Positions 1-6,804 of a DNA stretch of 32,000 bases are shown piece after piece (the first letter of the stretch is position 1; each line of letters starts with the position of its first letter). A program made the translations under genes and the position numbers. The DNA comes from an uncultured Acidobacteriota bacterium (GTDB lineage Bacteria; Acidobacteriota; Terriglobia; Terriglobales; Acidobacteriaceae). The notes under the pieces were generated by a model that saw only the letters and a list, made by a program, of their open reading frames with translations, made no database searches and was not told the origin of the DNA. The DNA lies in assembly GCA_963703465.1 (NCBI GenBank), contig CAVPEQ010000004.1, forward strand, positions 57,893 through 89,892, given 5' to 3'.

Positions 1-135
1 TACCTGTCGACTCGAATTGCGGTGATGTATCGCGGAAAAATCGTGGAGATTAATTCAACCGATCAGATCACGCAAAATCCGCAGCACCCGTACACCAAAA
101 CGCTGCTCGCAGCCACCCCGGAAATCGCAGTTTGA
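1..135 (+). CDS. ABC transporter ATP-binding protein, C-terminal fragment (Opp/Dpp-type tail); 5' end lies outside the window
   Basis: Frame 1 is open from the window edge to TGA at 133-135. It translates YLSTRIAVMYRGKIVEINSTDQITQNPQHPYTKTLLAATPEIAV*. The ...G.IVE......P.HPYT..LL tail is typical of oligopeptide/dipeptide ABC ATPases. Confidence 0.6.
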   Translation, partial: YLSTRIAVMYRGKIVEINSTDQITQNPQHPYTKTLLAATPEIAV

Positions 136-205
136 CCAGAGTATCTTCTATTTCCTTGAAGATAACGATCTCCAACCTGCACAACTGAACTCCCAGAGGG
201 GGGTA

Positions 206-308
206 CTCTGTGGCGTTTCTCTGTGAACCTCAGTGTTCTCTGTGGTGAAAGAATTTTAAAAGCATCAACCACAGAGGACACAGAGTTCCACAGAGGAAAA
301 ACACAGAG
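206..308. repeat. Family B hairpin (B1): inverted arms, each built from four CTCTGTG/CACAGAG units
   Basis: The left arm (206-248) has CTCTGTG at 206-212, 219-225 and 238-244, plus a degenerate CCTCAGTG at 229-236. The right arm (266-308) has CACAGAG at 270-276, 279-285, 289-295 and 302-308. The inner arms are imperfect reverse complements (about 26 of 31). The loop is 249-265. Confidence 0.85.
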
Positions 309-452
309 TAATTCGCAAGAGGGTTACACGGTAGGGGTTTTACCTTCCGAATCCTCGTGTCCGTCGTGGTTTGTGAATTTGACGCACCATCGACCATTCG
401 ACACCTGACATCTTCTCGATTTATCCTTCAACCGCCCATAACAGGAGGACAC

Positions 453-962
453 ATGAAGCTTGCAATTCTGATCTTGACTCTCGCATCGGCTGCCGCCGCT
501 CAATCTAAATCGCCCGTCTCTGACGCCCTGCGCCAGATGCTCCCCGGTCGCGAAAAGAACACCGTCGCCGCGTTCGAAGGAATGCCGGCCGACAAATACA
601 ACTACAAGCCCACCGCTGACCAGATGACGTTCGGCCATCTTGCAGCACACATTGTCGAAGCCAATAATTATTTTTGCGCCAATGTCGGCAACGTTCCCGA
701 ACCGAAGGTCGAGAAACTCAAAGGCACGGAAGGCAAAGACAAGCTGGTGGCCGCGATGAAAGCATCTTTCGAGTTTTGCCACACCGCACTCGAAAAAGCG
801 GACGATTCCACGATGAACGGTGAGATCAAATGGTTCGATGGCAAGCCGCATCCTCGGGTGATGGCGTTCCTCGGACTCGCCAGCAGCTGGGCCGATCACT
901 ACGGGGCAGCGGCAATGTATCTGCGCCTGAACGGCCTCCTTCCACCCACCGCAAAGAAATAA
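453..962 (+). CDS. DinB-family (DinB_2-like) protein with an N-terminal signal peptide
   Basis: ATG at 453 is preceded by AGGAGG at 443-448. The N-terminus MKLAILILTLASAAAAQ looks like a signal peptide. The sequence has a DinB-like helical-bundle character with conserved His positions (FGHLAAHIVEANNY, WADHYGAAAMYLR). The longer ORF from 357 has no RBS. Confidence 0.7.
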   Translation: MKLAILILTLASAAAAQSKSPVSDALRQMLPGREKNTVAAFEGMPADKYNYKPTADQMTFGHLAAHIVEANNYFCANVGNVPEPKVEKLKGTEGKDKLVAAMKASFEFCHTALEKADDSTMNGEIKWFDGKPHPRVMAFLGLASSWADHYGAAAMYLRLNGLLPPTAKK

Positions 963-970
963 AAAATGAT

Positions 971-1010
971 CCATGTGGGGGGCCATGTGGGGCGGGCGCC
1001 CCCGCCCGCC
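971..1010 (+). repeat. Family A GC-rich stem-loop repeat (A1)
   Basis: The sequence is CCATGTGGGGGG CCATGTGG GGCGGGCG-CCCC-CGCCCGCC. The 8-bp stem is 991-998/1003-1010. The leader CCATGTGGGG is duplicated at 971-980 and 983-992. The element starts 9 nt after the DinB-family stop codon. Confidence 0.9.
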
Positions 1011-1138
1011 TACACGATCGCCTGACCAAAAGCCAATTCCAAGCCGCAAGCCTCAGCAGCCTGCACTTTCACTCTGCTTAAGCCGGTTGGTAAGTTATAC
1101 TTCTCCGGCTAGGTAGGCTCGAACCACCCCGGAATTCC

Positions 1139-2164
1139 ATGGCTATCGGTCTCCGAACCGAGGACTTGCGCAAAATTTTCAACTCCGCGCCGCCGTTTGC
1201 GGCCGGGGGAGTTGGCGTTCCGCGCTCCACTGCGGCTGGCGACAAATCTGGCAAGCACGCCAAGCCGGAGATCGTGGCGCTCGACGGCATTTCGCTGCAA
1301 GTCGAAGGCGGCGAAATCTTCGGCTTGCTCGGTCCCAACGGCGCCGGCAAATCGACCACGGTAGGGGTGCTTACGACCCGTGTTCGGCCCAGCGCCGGAC
1401 AGGCGTGGATCGGCGATCACGATGTTTGGAAAGATCAGGCTCCGGTCAAACGATTGATCGGCGTGGTGCCGCAGCGGCCGAACCTTGATTTTTCTTTGAC
1501 CGCCGCCGAAATCCTCACCTTCCACGGCGCGTACTTCGGACTCAGCAGCAAAGACCGCAACCAGCGCGCCAGCGAACTACTCGAAAAATTCAAGCTCACC
1601 GACCGCGCCAATCAAATGGTGCGCGGATTTTCCGGCGGCATGATGCAGCGCCTTTCCATTGCCCGCGCTATGATGCACGACCCGCAAGTTTTATTTCTCG
1701 ATGAGCCGAGCGCCGGCCTCGATCCGCAAACCCGCATCCTGCTATGGGAGATTATTCGCGAGTACAACCAGGCGGGCAAAACTATTCTGCTGACCACGCA
1801 CTACATGGAAGAAGCGGACGCGCTCTGCAACCGGCTGGCGATCATCGATCACGGCAAGGTCATCGCCGTCGATACGCCCGCAGGACTGAAAGGCTCGATC
1901 CCTGGGGCCTTCGTGTTACGGCTACGTTTCGCAAAACACACGCCTGGACTGTTGCTCGGACTGCAATCGCTCTCCGGCGTCCGCGAAGTGCGCTCGCAAG
2001 ATACCACCGGCGCTGACGTTTACGCCGATCGTGGCGGCTCCCTCATTCCCGAGATTGCCAGCCTCGCCAGTACCACCGGCGCGGAACTGATGGACGTCCA
2101 CATCTCCGAGCCCAGTCTCGAAAATTTATTTCTTCATCACACCGGAAGGAGTCTGCGCGATTGA
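1139..2164 (+). CDS. ABC transporter ATP-binding protein (ABC-2/DrrA-like exporter ATPase)
   Basis: It carries Walker A GPNGAGKST, signature FSGGMMQRLSIA, Walker B LFLDEPSAGLD and an H-loop TTHYMEEA. It is 341 aa. Its stop overlaps the start of the downstream permease. Confidence 0.9.
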   Translation: MAIGLRTEDLRKIFNSAPPFAAGGVGVPRSTAAGDKSGKHAKPEIVALDGISLQVEGGEIFGLLGPNGAGKSTTVGVLTTRVRPSAGQAWIGDHDVWKDQAPVKRLIGVVPQRPNLDFSLTAAEILTFHGAYFGLSSKDRNQRASELLEKFKLTDRANQMVRGFSGGMMQRLSIARAMMHDPQVLFLDEPSAGLDPQTRILLWEIIREYNQAGKTILLTTHYMEEADALCNRLAIIDHGKVIAVDTPAGLKGSIPGAFVLRLRFAKHTPGLLLGLQSLSGVREVRSQDTTGADVYADRGGSLIPEIASLASTTGAELMDVHISEPSLENLFLHHTGRSLRD

Positions 2165-2928
2165 ACTGGAAAACTTTTGGCGCCCTGCTCGCTCGCGATG
2201 CCCACGTCGCCAGACGTAATGCGATCCAGCTGTTCCTGCAAACCTTCCTGCAGCCGCTGATGTTCGTCTTCATCTTCGGACGGGTGATGGTGCGCAGCGG
2301 CTACATGCCGGCGTCGTACAAAGCCTTGCTTCTGCCGGGAATCATGGCGATCAGCATGGTGTTCACCGGAATCTGGGCAGTAGCCATGCCGCTGATCGCC
2401 GAATTTCAATGGACCAAAGAAATTGAAGATCGCCTGCTCGCCCCGATCGGAACCGTGTGGCTCGCCATCGAAAAAATTTTATTCGGAATGATCCAGGCCA
2501 TAGTCGCCGGCCTGATCGTGCTTCCATTAGGTTGGCTTTTGCTGCGGCCCATCGATATCAATGTGCATGCCGCGCTGATGTTCGCGGGGGTCACCATTCT
2601 GGTCGCCGCATTTTCCGCCTGCGGAGGCCTGGCACTTGGCTGCACCGTGAACCAGCAGCACATCGGCCTGATGTTCAGCATGGTGCTTACCCCGATGATC
2701 TTCTTCGGCTGCACTTACTATCCATGGAGCGCGCTCAACGCATTTCCGATTCTGCAGAAGGCGGTCCTGATCAATCCTCTGGTTTACGCCAGCGAAGGCC
2801 TGCGCGCAGCGCTGGTGCCTGGATTCCCGCATCTCGCGATCACCGCAGTATTCGGCGGCCTGGCATTCTTCGATCTGCTGCTGCTGGTCCTAGGCCTGCG
2901 CCAGTTCGACAAGAAAGCCATCGGTTGA
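2161..2928 (+). CDS. ABC-2 type transporter permease
   Basis: The 255-aa protein has about six hydrophobic segments. A TTG start at 2161 overlaps the ATPase stop (TGA 2162-2164), which is the typical ABC-2 ATPase-permease operon layout. Confidence 0.8.
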   Translation: MNWKTFGALLARDAHVARRNAIQLFLQTFLQPLMFVFIFGRVMVRSGYMPASYKALLLPGIMAISMVFTGIWAVAMPLIAEFQWTKEIEDRLLAPIGTVWLAIEKILFGMIQAIVAGLIVLPLGWLLLRPIDINVHAALMFAGVTILVAAFSACGGLALGCTVNQQHIGLMFSMVLTPMIFFGCTYYPWSALNAFPILQKAVLINPLVYASEGLRAALVPGFPHLAITAVFGGLAFFDLLLLVLGLRQFDKKAIG

Positions 2929-2943
2929 AGCAGCTGGGACCAA

Positions 2944-3002
2944 CATGTGTTGAGCGGTCATGTATGGAGCGGGCATGTGTGGGGCGGGCGCCCTCGCCCG
3001 CC
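2944..3002 (+). repeat. Family A stem-loop repeat (A2) with a triplicated 15-nt leader
   Basis: Three 15-nt units are present: CATGTGTTGAGCGGT (2944-2958), CATGTATGGAGCGGG (2959-2973) and CATGTGTGGGGCGGG (2974-2988). The last unit runs into the stem GGCGGGCG (2983-2990), loop CCCT and stem CGCCCGCC (2995-3002). Confidence 0.9.
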
Positions 3003-3014
3003 AAGACTTCCTGA

Positions 3015-3488
3015 ATGGCAAACGTCCTCTTAGTCCACTGGAACGAACCAGAAGCCAAAGAACGTGCACGCACACTCAAAGCGTTCGGGTACAAACCCAA
3101 GATCTTGTTCGATCCAGAAAAGCCCAACCTCGCAGAAATTCGCGAGCACCCACCTGAGCTTTTCCTGATCGACCTCAGCCGCCTCCCATCACACGGCCGC
3201 GAAATAGCCGCACACTTCCGCCGCGCCAAAGCGACTCGCAAAGTGCCAATCCTCTTCGTCGGCGGAGACCCCGAGCGCGTAAAGGCCGCCCGCAAACTTA
3301 TCCCCGACGCCGAGTTCGCGACATGGGACGAAATCAGAGCCGGCCATCAAACGAGCCATCAAGAATGCGCCGCGAAATCCTTCCGTTCCCAGCACCATGG
3401 CGAGCTACTCCGCCTCAGCATTGCCCAAGAAGCTCGGCATCCGCGACAACTGCTCGATCATGCTAATCAACCCGCCGAATCGCTTTGA
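3015..3488 (+). CDS. Hypothetical protein with a weak CheY-like (pseudo)receiver fold; 3' end doubtful (probable frame disruption and fusion with the downstream DUF3052 ORF)
   Basis: The first ~108 codons (MANVLLVHWNE...LFLIDLSRLP...VPILFVGGDPERV...TWDEIR) have a beta-alpha periodicity like a receiver domain. After about 3342 the sequence becomes low-quality (GHQTSHQECAAKS...) while the +1 frame reads sensibly. Confidence 0.45.
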   Translation: MANVLLVHWNEPEAKERARTLKAFGYKPKILFDPEKPNLAEIREHPPELFLIDLSRLPSHGREIAAHFRRAKATRKVPILFVGGDPERVKAARKLIPDAEFATWDEIRAGHQTSHQECAAKSFRSQHHGELLRLSIAQEARHPRQLLDHANQPAESL

Positions 3489-3792
3489 ACGAAAGCTTGA
3501 CCCGCTGCCCGCATACACAAAAATCATCGACGATCCGAAAGATGCGAATGTGGCTATACTTTTCGCGATGTCCCAAGCCGAACTGGCGCGCGATTTTCGT
3601 TCGCTGGCAAAAGCGTTGCCCGAAAAAACCGCACTGTGGATCGCCTGGCCGAAGAAGACGTCGGGAGTGAAGACCGATCTCGACGGAAACATCGTGCGCG
3701 AATTCGGTCTTGACGCCGGCTGGGTGGATTACAAAGTCTGCGCGATCGATGAGACCTGGTCAGGCCTGTGCTTCGCCAGAAGAAAATGTTGA
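3397..3792 (+). CDS. DUF3052-family protein
   Basis: MASYSASALPKKLGIRD...ALWIAWPKKTSGVKTDL...VDYKVCAIDETWSGLCFARRK matches my recollection of the DUF3052 pattern (YSGTPLxKKLGI...WVxWPKK...TDL...VDxKVCAxDETWSG). The frame is open upstream to 3283. Confidence 0.7.
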   Translation: MASYSASALPKKLGIRDNCSIMLINPPNRFERKLDPLPAYTKIIDDPKDANVAILFAMSQAELARDFRSLAKALPEKTALWIAWPKKTSGVKTDLDGNIVREFGLDAGWVDYKVCAIDETWSGLCFARRKC

Positions 3793-3818
3793 GTGTGGGG
3801 CGGGCGCCCACGCCCGCC
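3787..3818 (+). repeat. Family A stem-loop repeat (A3)
   Basis: The sequence is ATGTTGAGTGTGG followed by GGCGGGCG (3799-3806), loop CCCA and CGCCCGCC (3811-3818). It overlaps the DUF3052 stop codon at 3790-3792. Confidence 0.9.
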
Positions 3819-3986
3819 ATGAGTCGAAGAAAGAAGTCATTGCGAAGGTGAAAAAACTCTGGACCGTTCTTAGTGTTTTGCTGGCCCTGCTTATTTCGTG
3901 GTGTGTGGTCTCGTCGGATCCTTCACAAACCGACACCCTCAAAAAAATCAGGATTCAAAAGGCTGGCGACTGTCTGTGAACAAATC

Positions 3987-5003
3987 TTATTCAATGTGGA
4001 CTAATTGGCTTGCCTCGGATTCTACCGGCGGTCTCTGCGGGTCTCTCCACCCATCCACCACCGATACCTGATGCACACACGAAACCGTGCAGTGCGGCGC
4101 GCACCCCTTCTCGGTGAGATACTCGCGGCGAATATCGGCAACCGAATATTGCTCAAGCGGGATCGCTGGATAACCACGCTGCTGCGAGCAGTAATGCACC
4201 AGCCCATCCTCGCAGATATACAGATACCGGGCGCCTGCGCGGCAGCGCCACTGGTTCGGCTGTCCCAACGCAATATTGTCCTGAAAAGAATTAATCCGGG
4301 TAAAGCTGCGTTTTTCGAGCGCCTTCATCTCGTGATAGACGCGGCGTTCTTCATCCGCCAGCGGCTGCAGCTGGCCCTGCCCGTCGTGAATAATTCCAAC
4401 CGTCGAGCTGAAGCCAAGCTCCAGGGCGCGCTTGCCGATGGTGAGCGCATCCTGCGGATTACACACCCCGCCGCCGACCACCGAATTTATATTCACGTGA
4501 AAGTCCGCGTGCTCGGCCAGCATCTGCAATTTCTTGTCGAGCACCTTCAGGCTCTTCTTCGAAACGTCGTCGGGGTTGACGTTATCGATCGAAATCTGCA
4601 GCCACTCCAGACCAGCGTCATTCAGGCGCTTAATGCGCTCCGGCACGATCAGGTAGCCGTTAGTGATCATGCCCGCGACCATTCCGTTGCCACGAATCCG
4701 ACGAATGATGTCATCCAACTCGGGATGCAACAGCGGCTCACCCCCGCTGATGGTGATCACGGAAGTCTTCAGTTCAGCCAGCTTGTCCACGCGCTTGAAC
4801 ATGGTCTCAAGCGGCACCGGCTTCGAAACATCGTCAAATTCATTGCAATATTTGCACGCCAGATTGCAGCGCCGCATAGGAATGATGTGCGCCAGCAAAG
4901 GATGATCGGTCGAAACCAGCGCGCCCAGAATCTTGCCCACCCCGCGCACAGTTCGCGAGGCAGCCTTAACTTTCCGGCGCAATTTGGTTCGGGTACTCAG
5001 CAT
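3987..5003 (-). CDS. Radical SAM enzyme with a Cys-rich SPASM/twitch-like C-terminal domain; substrate unknown
   Basis: It has the CxxxCxxC cluster motif CNLACKYC, the SAM-binding GGEPLL, and the C-terminal [19 protein letters not shown] ... [10 protein letters not shown]. It is 338 aa. Confidence 0.85.
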   Translation of the reverse strand: MLSTRTKLRRKVKAASRTVRGVGKILGALVSTDHPLLAHIIPMRRCNLACKYCNEFDDVSKPVPLETMFKRVDKLAELKTSVITISGGEPLLHPELDDIIRRIRGNGMVAGMITNGYLIVPERIKRLNDAGLEWLQISIDNVNPDDVSKKSLKVLDKKLQMLAEHADFHVNINSVVGGGVCNPQDALTIGKRALELGFSSTVGIIHDGQGQLQPLADEERRVYHEMKALEKRSFTRINSFQDNIALGQPNQWRCRAGARYLYICEDGLVHYCSQQRGYPAIPLEQYSVADIRREYLTEKGCAPHCTVSCVHQVSVVDGWRDPQRPPVESEASQLVHIE

Positions 5004-5153
5004 GGATGGTTGTAATTATTAGAACACAGGCGAAAGCTAAGTGCATCATTCTGAACAGCGTATGGGGGTATTGTAGGGCGAACGGTGATCAAGTCACATC
5101 GGGCGGGATCAGCAATGCCCGTGCGTGTCGGATACCCCTGCCGGTCAGCCGTT

Positions 5154-5207
5154 AATGTGTGGTGTGGTGTGGTGTGGGTGGTGTGGCGCGGGCGCCCTCG
5201 CCCGCGA
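5154..5207 (+). repeat. Family A stem-loop repeat (A4, CGCGGGCG variant) preceded by a GGTGT pentanucleotide microsatellite
   Basis: Perfect GGTGT units lie at 5161-5175 with degenerate flanks at 5157-5186. The stem CGCGGGCG (5187-5194), loop CCCT and stem CGCCCGCG (5199-5206) follow. Confidence 0.9.
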
Positions 5208-5272
5208 TTCGGCATTGATGAGAATGCGAAAGCGGAACATCACTCGAATCTCGTTCGTATCAACGCACAGTC

Positions 5273-6247
5273 ATGAATGACGGACCTCCATCACGCCGAG
5301 CTAGCTGGCTCCGCCGCATTGGCACCGTCCTCGTGATCTTATATGTCGCGGGAACAATCTTCGGAGGCATGTGGCTGGGCGAAGTCGCCACTCATCCCGG
5401 ACGTCGCCCGATTACCCCCACCGATGAAAGACAAGTCAAGCTCTACGCAACCGAAAATAAAATTGAATTTCGCGACGCCAGCATTACGGCTCGTGACGGA
5501 ATCGCGCTCCGTGGTTGGTTTTTTCGTCCTGCCCAAGCAAACGGCTCTACAGTAATTCTGCTCCACGGGGTAAGCGATAACCGGCTCGGAATGTACGGCT
5601 ATGGTCGATGGCTTCTCGCAAATCACTACAGCGTGCTTCTCCCTGACGCCCGAGCCCATGGCCTGAGCGGAGGACAGATCGCAACTTACGGGCTGTTGGA
5701 ATCTGAGGACATTCATCGCTGGGCGGATTGGGCCAGGAAAAATGAAAGACCTGGCTGCGTATTTGGATTCGGTGAGTCCATGGGGGCGGGACAGATATTG
5801 CAAGCGCTCGCGCGCGAGCCGGAATTCTGCGCTGTGGTGGCGGAATCACCGTTCGAGAGTTTTCGCGAGGTTTCATATGCGCGTTTCGGCCAGCCTTTTA
5901 ATTTAGGGCCATGGACGGGCAGAACTTTTTTCTGGCCGACTGATGAAGTCGGGTTCCTATATGTACGATTGAAATACGGATTAAATCTGGACTTGGTTTC
6001 ACCGAAAGAAGTCGTGAGAGCGTCGACAGTGCCAGTGTTGCTGATTCATGGGACGGCCGATCGCAACATTCCGTCTTACAACTCAAATGACATTCAGGCC
6101 ACAAATCCCGTGCACGCTGTTCTCTGGCTGGTACCTAAGGCAGGTCACTGCGGGGCTTACGATGTCAATCCCGAAGAATTTGGCCGCAGAGTTTTGAATT
6201 GGTTTTCTGCGCACTCGGTCTCTTCCGAAAAAACTAAAGCGTTATAA
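5273..6247 (+). CDS. Alpha/beta-fold hydrolase with an N-terminal membrane anchor
   Basis: It has an N-terminal TM segment (IGTVLVILYVAGTIFGGMWL), an HG oxyanion motif (LLHGVSDN), the nucleophile elbow GESMG, and late Asp/His candidates (HGTADRN, GHCG). It is 324 aa. Confidence 0.85.
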   Translation: MNDGPPSRRASWLRRIGTVLVILYVAGTIFGGMWLGEVATHPGRRPITPTDERQVKLYATENKIEFRDASITARDGIALRGWFFRPAQANGSTVILLHGVSDNRLGMYGYGRWLLANHYSVLLPDARAHGLSGGQIATYGLLESEDIHRWADWARKNERPGCVFGFGESMGAGQILQALAREPEFCAVVAESPFESFREVSYARFGQPFNLGPWTGRTFFWPTDEVGFLYVRLKYGLNLDLVSPKEVVRASTVPVLLIHGTADRNIPSYNSNDIQATNPVHAVLWLVPKAGHCGAYDVNPEEFGRRVLNWFSAHSVSSEKTKAL

Positions 6248-6262
6248 CCGTAGTGCACAAAT

Positions 6263-6290
6263 TCGCGGGCGAGGGCGCCCGCGCCACATT
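6263..6290 (-). repeat. Family A stem-loop repeat (A5, CGCGGGCG variant, inverted orientation)
   Basis: Positions 6263-6288 are the exact reverse complement of 5182-5207 (26 nt). The stem is 6264-6271/6276-6283 with loop AGGG. It lies between convergent stop codons and overlaps the stop of the JAMM gene. Confidence 0.9.
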
Positions 6291-6723
6291 AGACTACTTC
6301 AATCTTTTCATCTTCCAGCTTCTTGTCATTCTCATCTGAGCCCGTAAGCTCGAACGAATTGGTCAGCACTGCTTTGCCTTTTTCCACGCTGGTGATCACA
6401 TACGAACAGCTGAGCCAGTGGGCTTCGGCGAAGTCGGTCGGCGACCACTGCGCCGGATGGTCGGGGTGAGAATGATAAAACCCGATGATGTCTTCGCTAC
6501 GCTGCCGGCCCTCGCGCTGAATGCGGACCAACTCTTTCGGGTCGATGTTGTAACGGTTCTGCGGCGAGTCGGTGCGGGTATTTCCGGCGCGGGCGATCGA
6601 AGTCACAACACGGGTGCCATCGTCGTCCATGCGGCCGAGCAGGACTCCGCAGCACTCATGCGGATACGTTTCCTCGCCGTGGCGGCGAAGCGCGTCGTAG
6701 TGGGATTGGCCGAGGCGCAACAT
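6289..6723 (-). CDS. Mov34/MPN/JAMM-family metallopeptidase (Mec-like)
   Basis: It carries the JAMM motif HSHPDHPAQWSPTD (HxHx7Sx2D) and the upstream Glu (PHECCG). It is 144 aa and lies immediately downstream of the cysteine synthase. Confidence 0.85.
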   Translation of the reverse strand: MLRLGQSHYDALRRHGEETYPHECCGVLLGRMDDDGTRVVTSIARAGNTRTDSPQNRYNIDPKELVRIQREGRQRSEDIIGFYHSHPDHPAQWSPTDFAEAHWLSCSYVITSVEKGKAVLTNSFELTGSDENDKKLEDEKIEVV

Positions 6724-6804
6724 CAGCTGTTAGCTCTTAGCCTTTAGCTTTTAGCTGAACCCGATTGGGTTTGGCTAAAAGCTAAGAGCTAATGGCTAAA
6801 AGCC
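6724..6804. repeat. Family C hairpin (C1) built from GCTAA[AG][AG] heptads
   Basis: The left arm is CAGCTGTTAGCTCTTAGCCTTTAGCTTTTAGCTGAA (6724-6759). The right arm is TTGGCTAAAAGCTAAGAGCTAATGGCTAAAAGCC (6771-6804). The arms are imperfect reverse complements (about 22 of 26). The hairpin fills the whole cysM-to-JAMM intercistronic gap. Confidence 0.9.

Noticed and set aside
142-164. AT-rich hairpin TATCTTC-N9-GAAGATA after the partial ABC ATPase gene, considered as a terminator
   Set aside because: The 7-bp AT-rich stem is weak, and no T-tract follows it.
324-1049. Long antisense or alternative-frame ORFs. Examples: 324-1049(-), 2457-3014(+), 2840-3295(-), 9801-10343(+), 18200-18748(-), 20506-20961(+), 28338-29129(+), 29841-30542(+), 30717-31352(+).
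   Set aside because: Each lies fully within, and opposite or out of frame to, a gene with clear family motifs. Their compositions are Arg/Pro/Gly-biased, as expected for non-coding frames of GC-rich genes.
4005-5015. 336-aa plus-strand ORF covering the radical SAM locus
   Set aside because: It is exactly antisense to a motif-rich radical SAM gene. Its translation is Arg/Leu/Ala-rich low-complexity sequence without motifs. This is a typical shadow ORF in GC-rich DNA.
5070-5075. TACAAT (minus strand) as a -10 box for the radical SAM gene
   Set aside because: It is a good hexamer, but the best -35 candidate at 17-nt spacing (TGTGAC) is poor. Promoter consensus for this lineage is unknown to me.
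4997-5215. 72-aa minus-strand ORF ending 7 nt inside the radical SAM gene, considered as a possible RiPP precursor
   Set aside because: Its N-terminal half is simply the translation of the family A repeat and the GGTGT microsatellite (GRGRPRHTTHTTPHHT). It has no RBS, and its 3' part is AT-rich leader-like sequence. Ribo-seq could revisit this.
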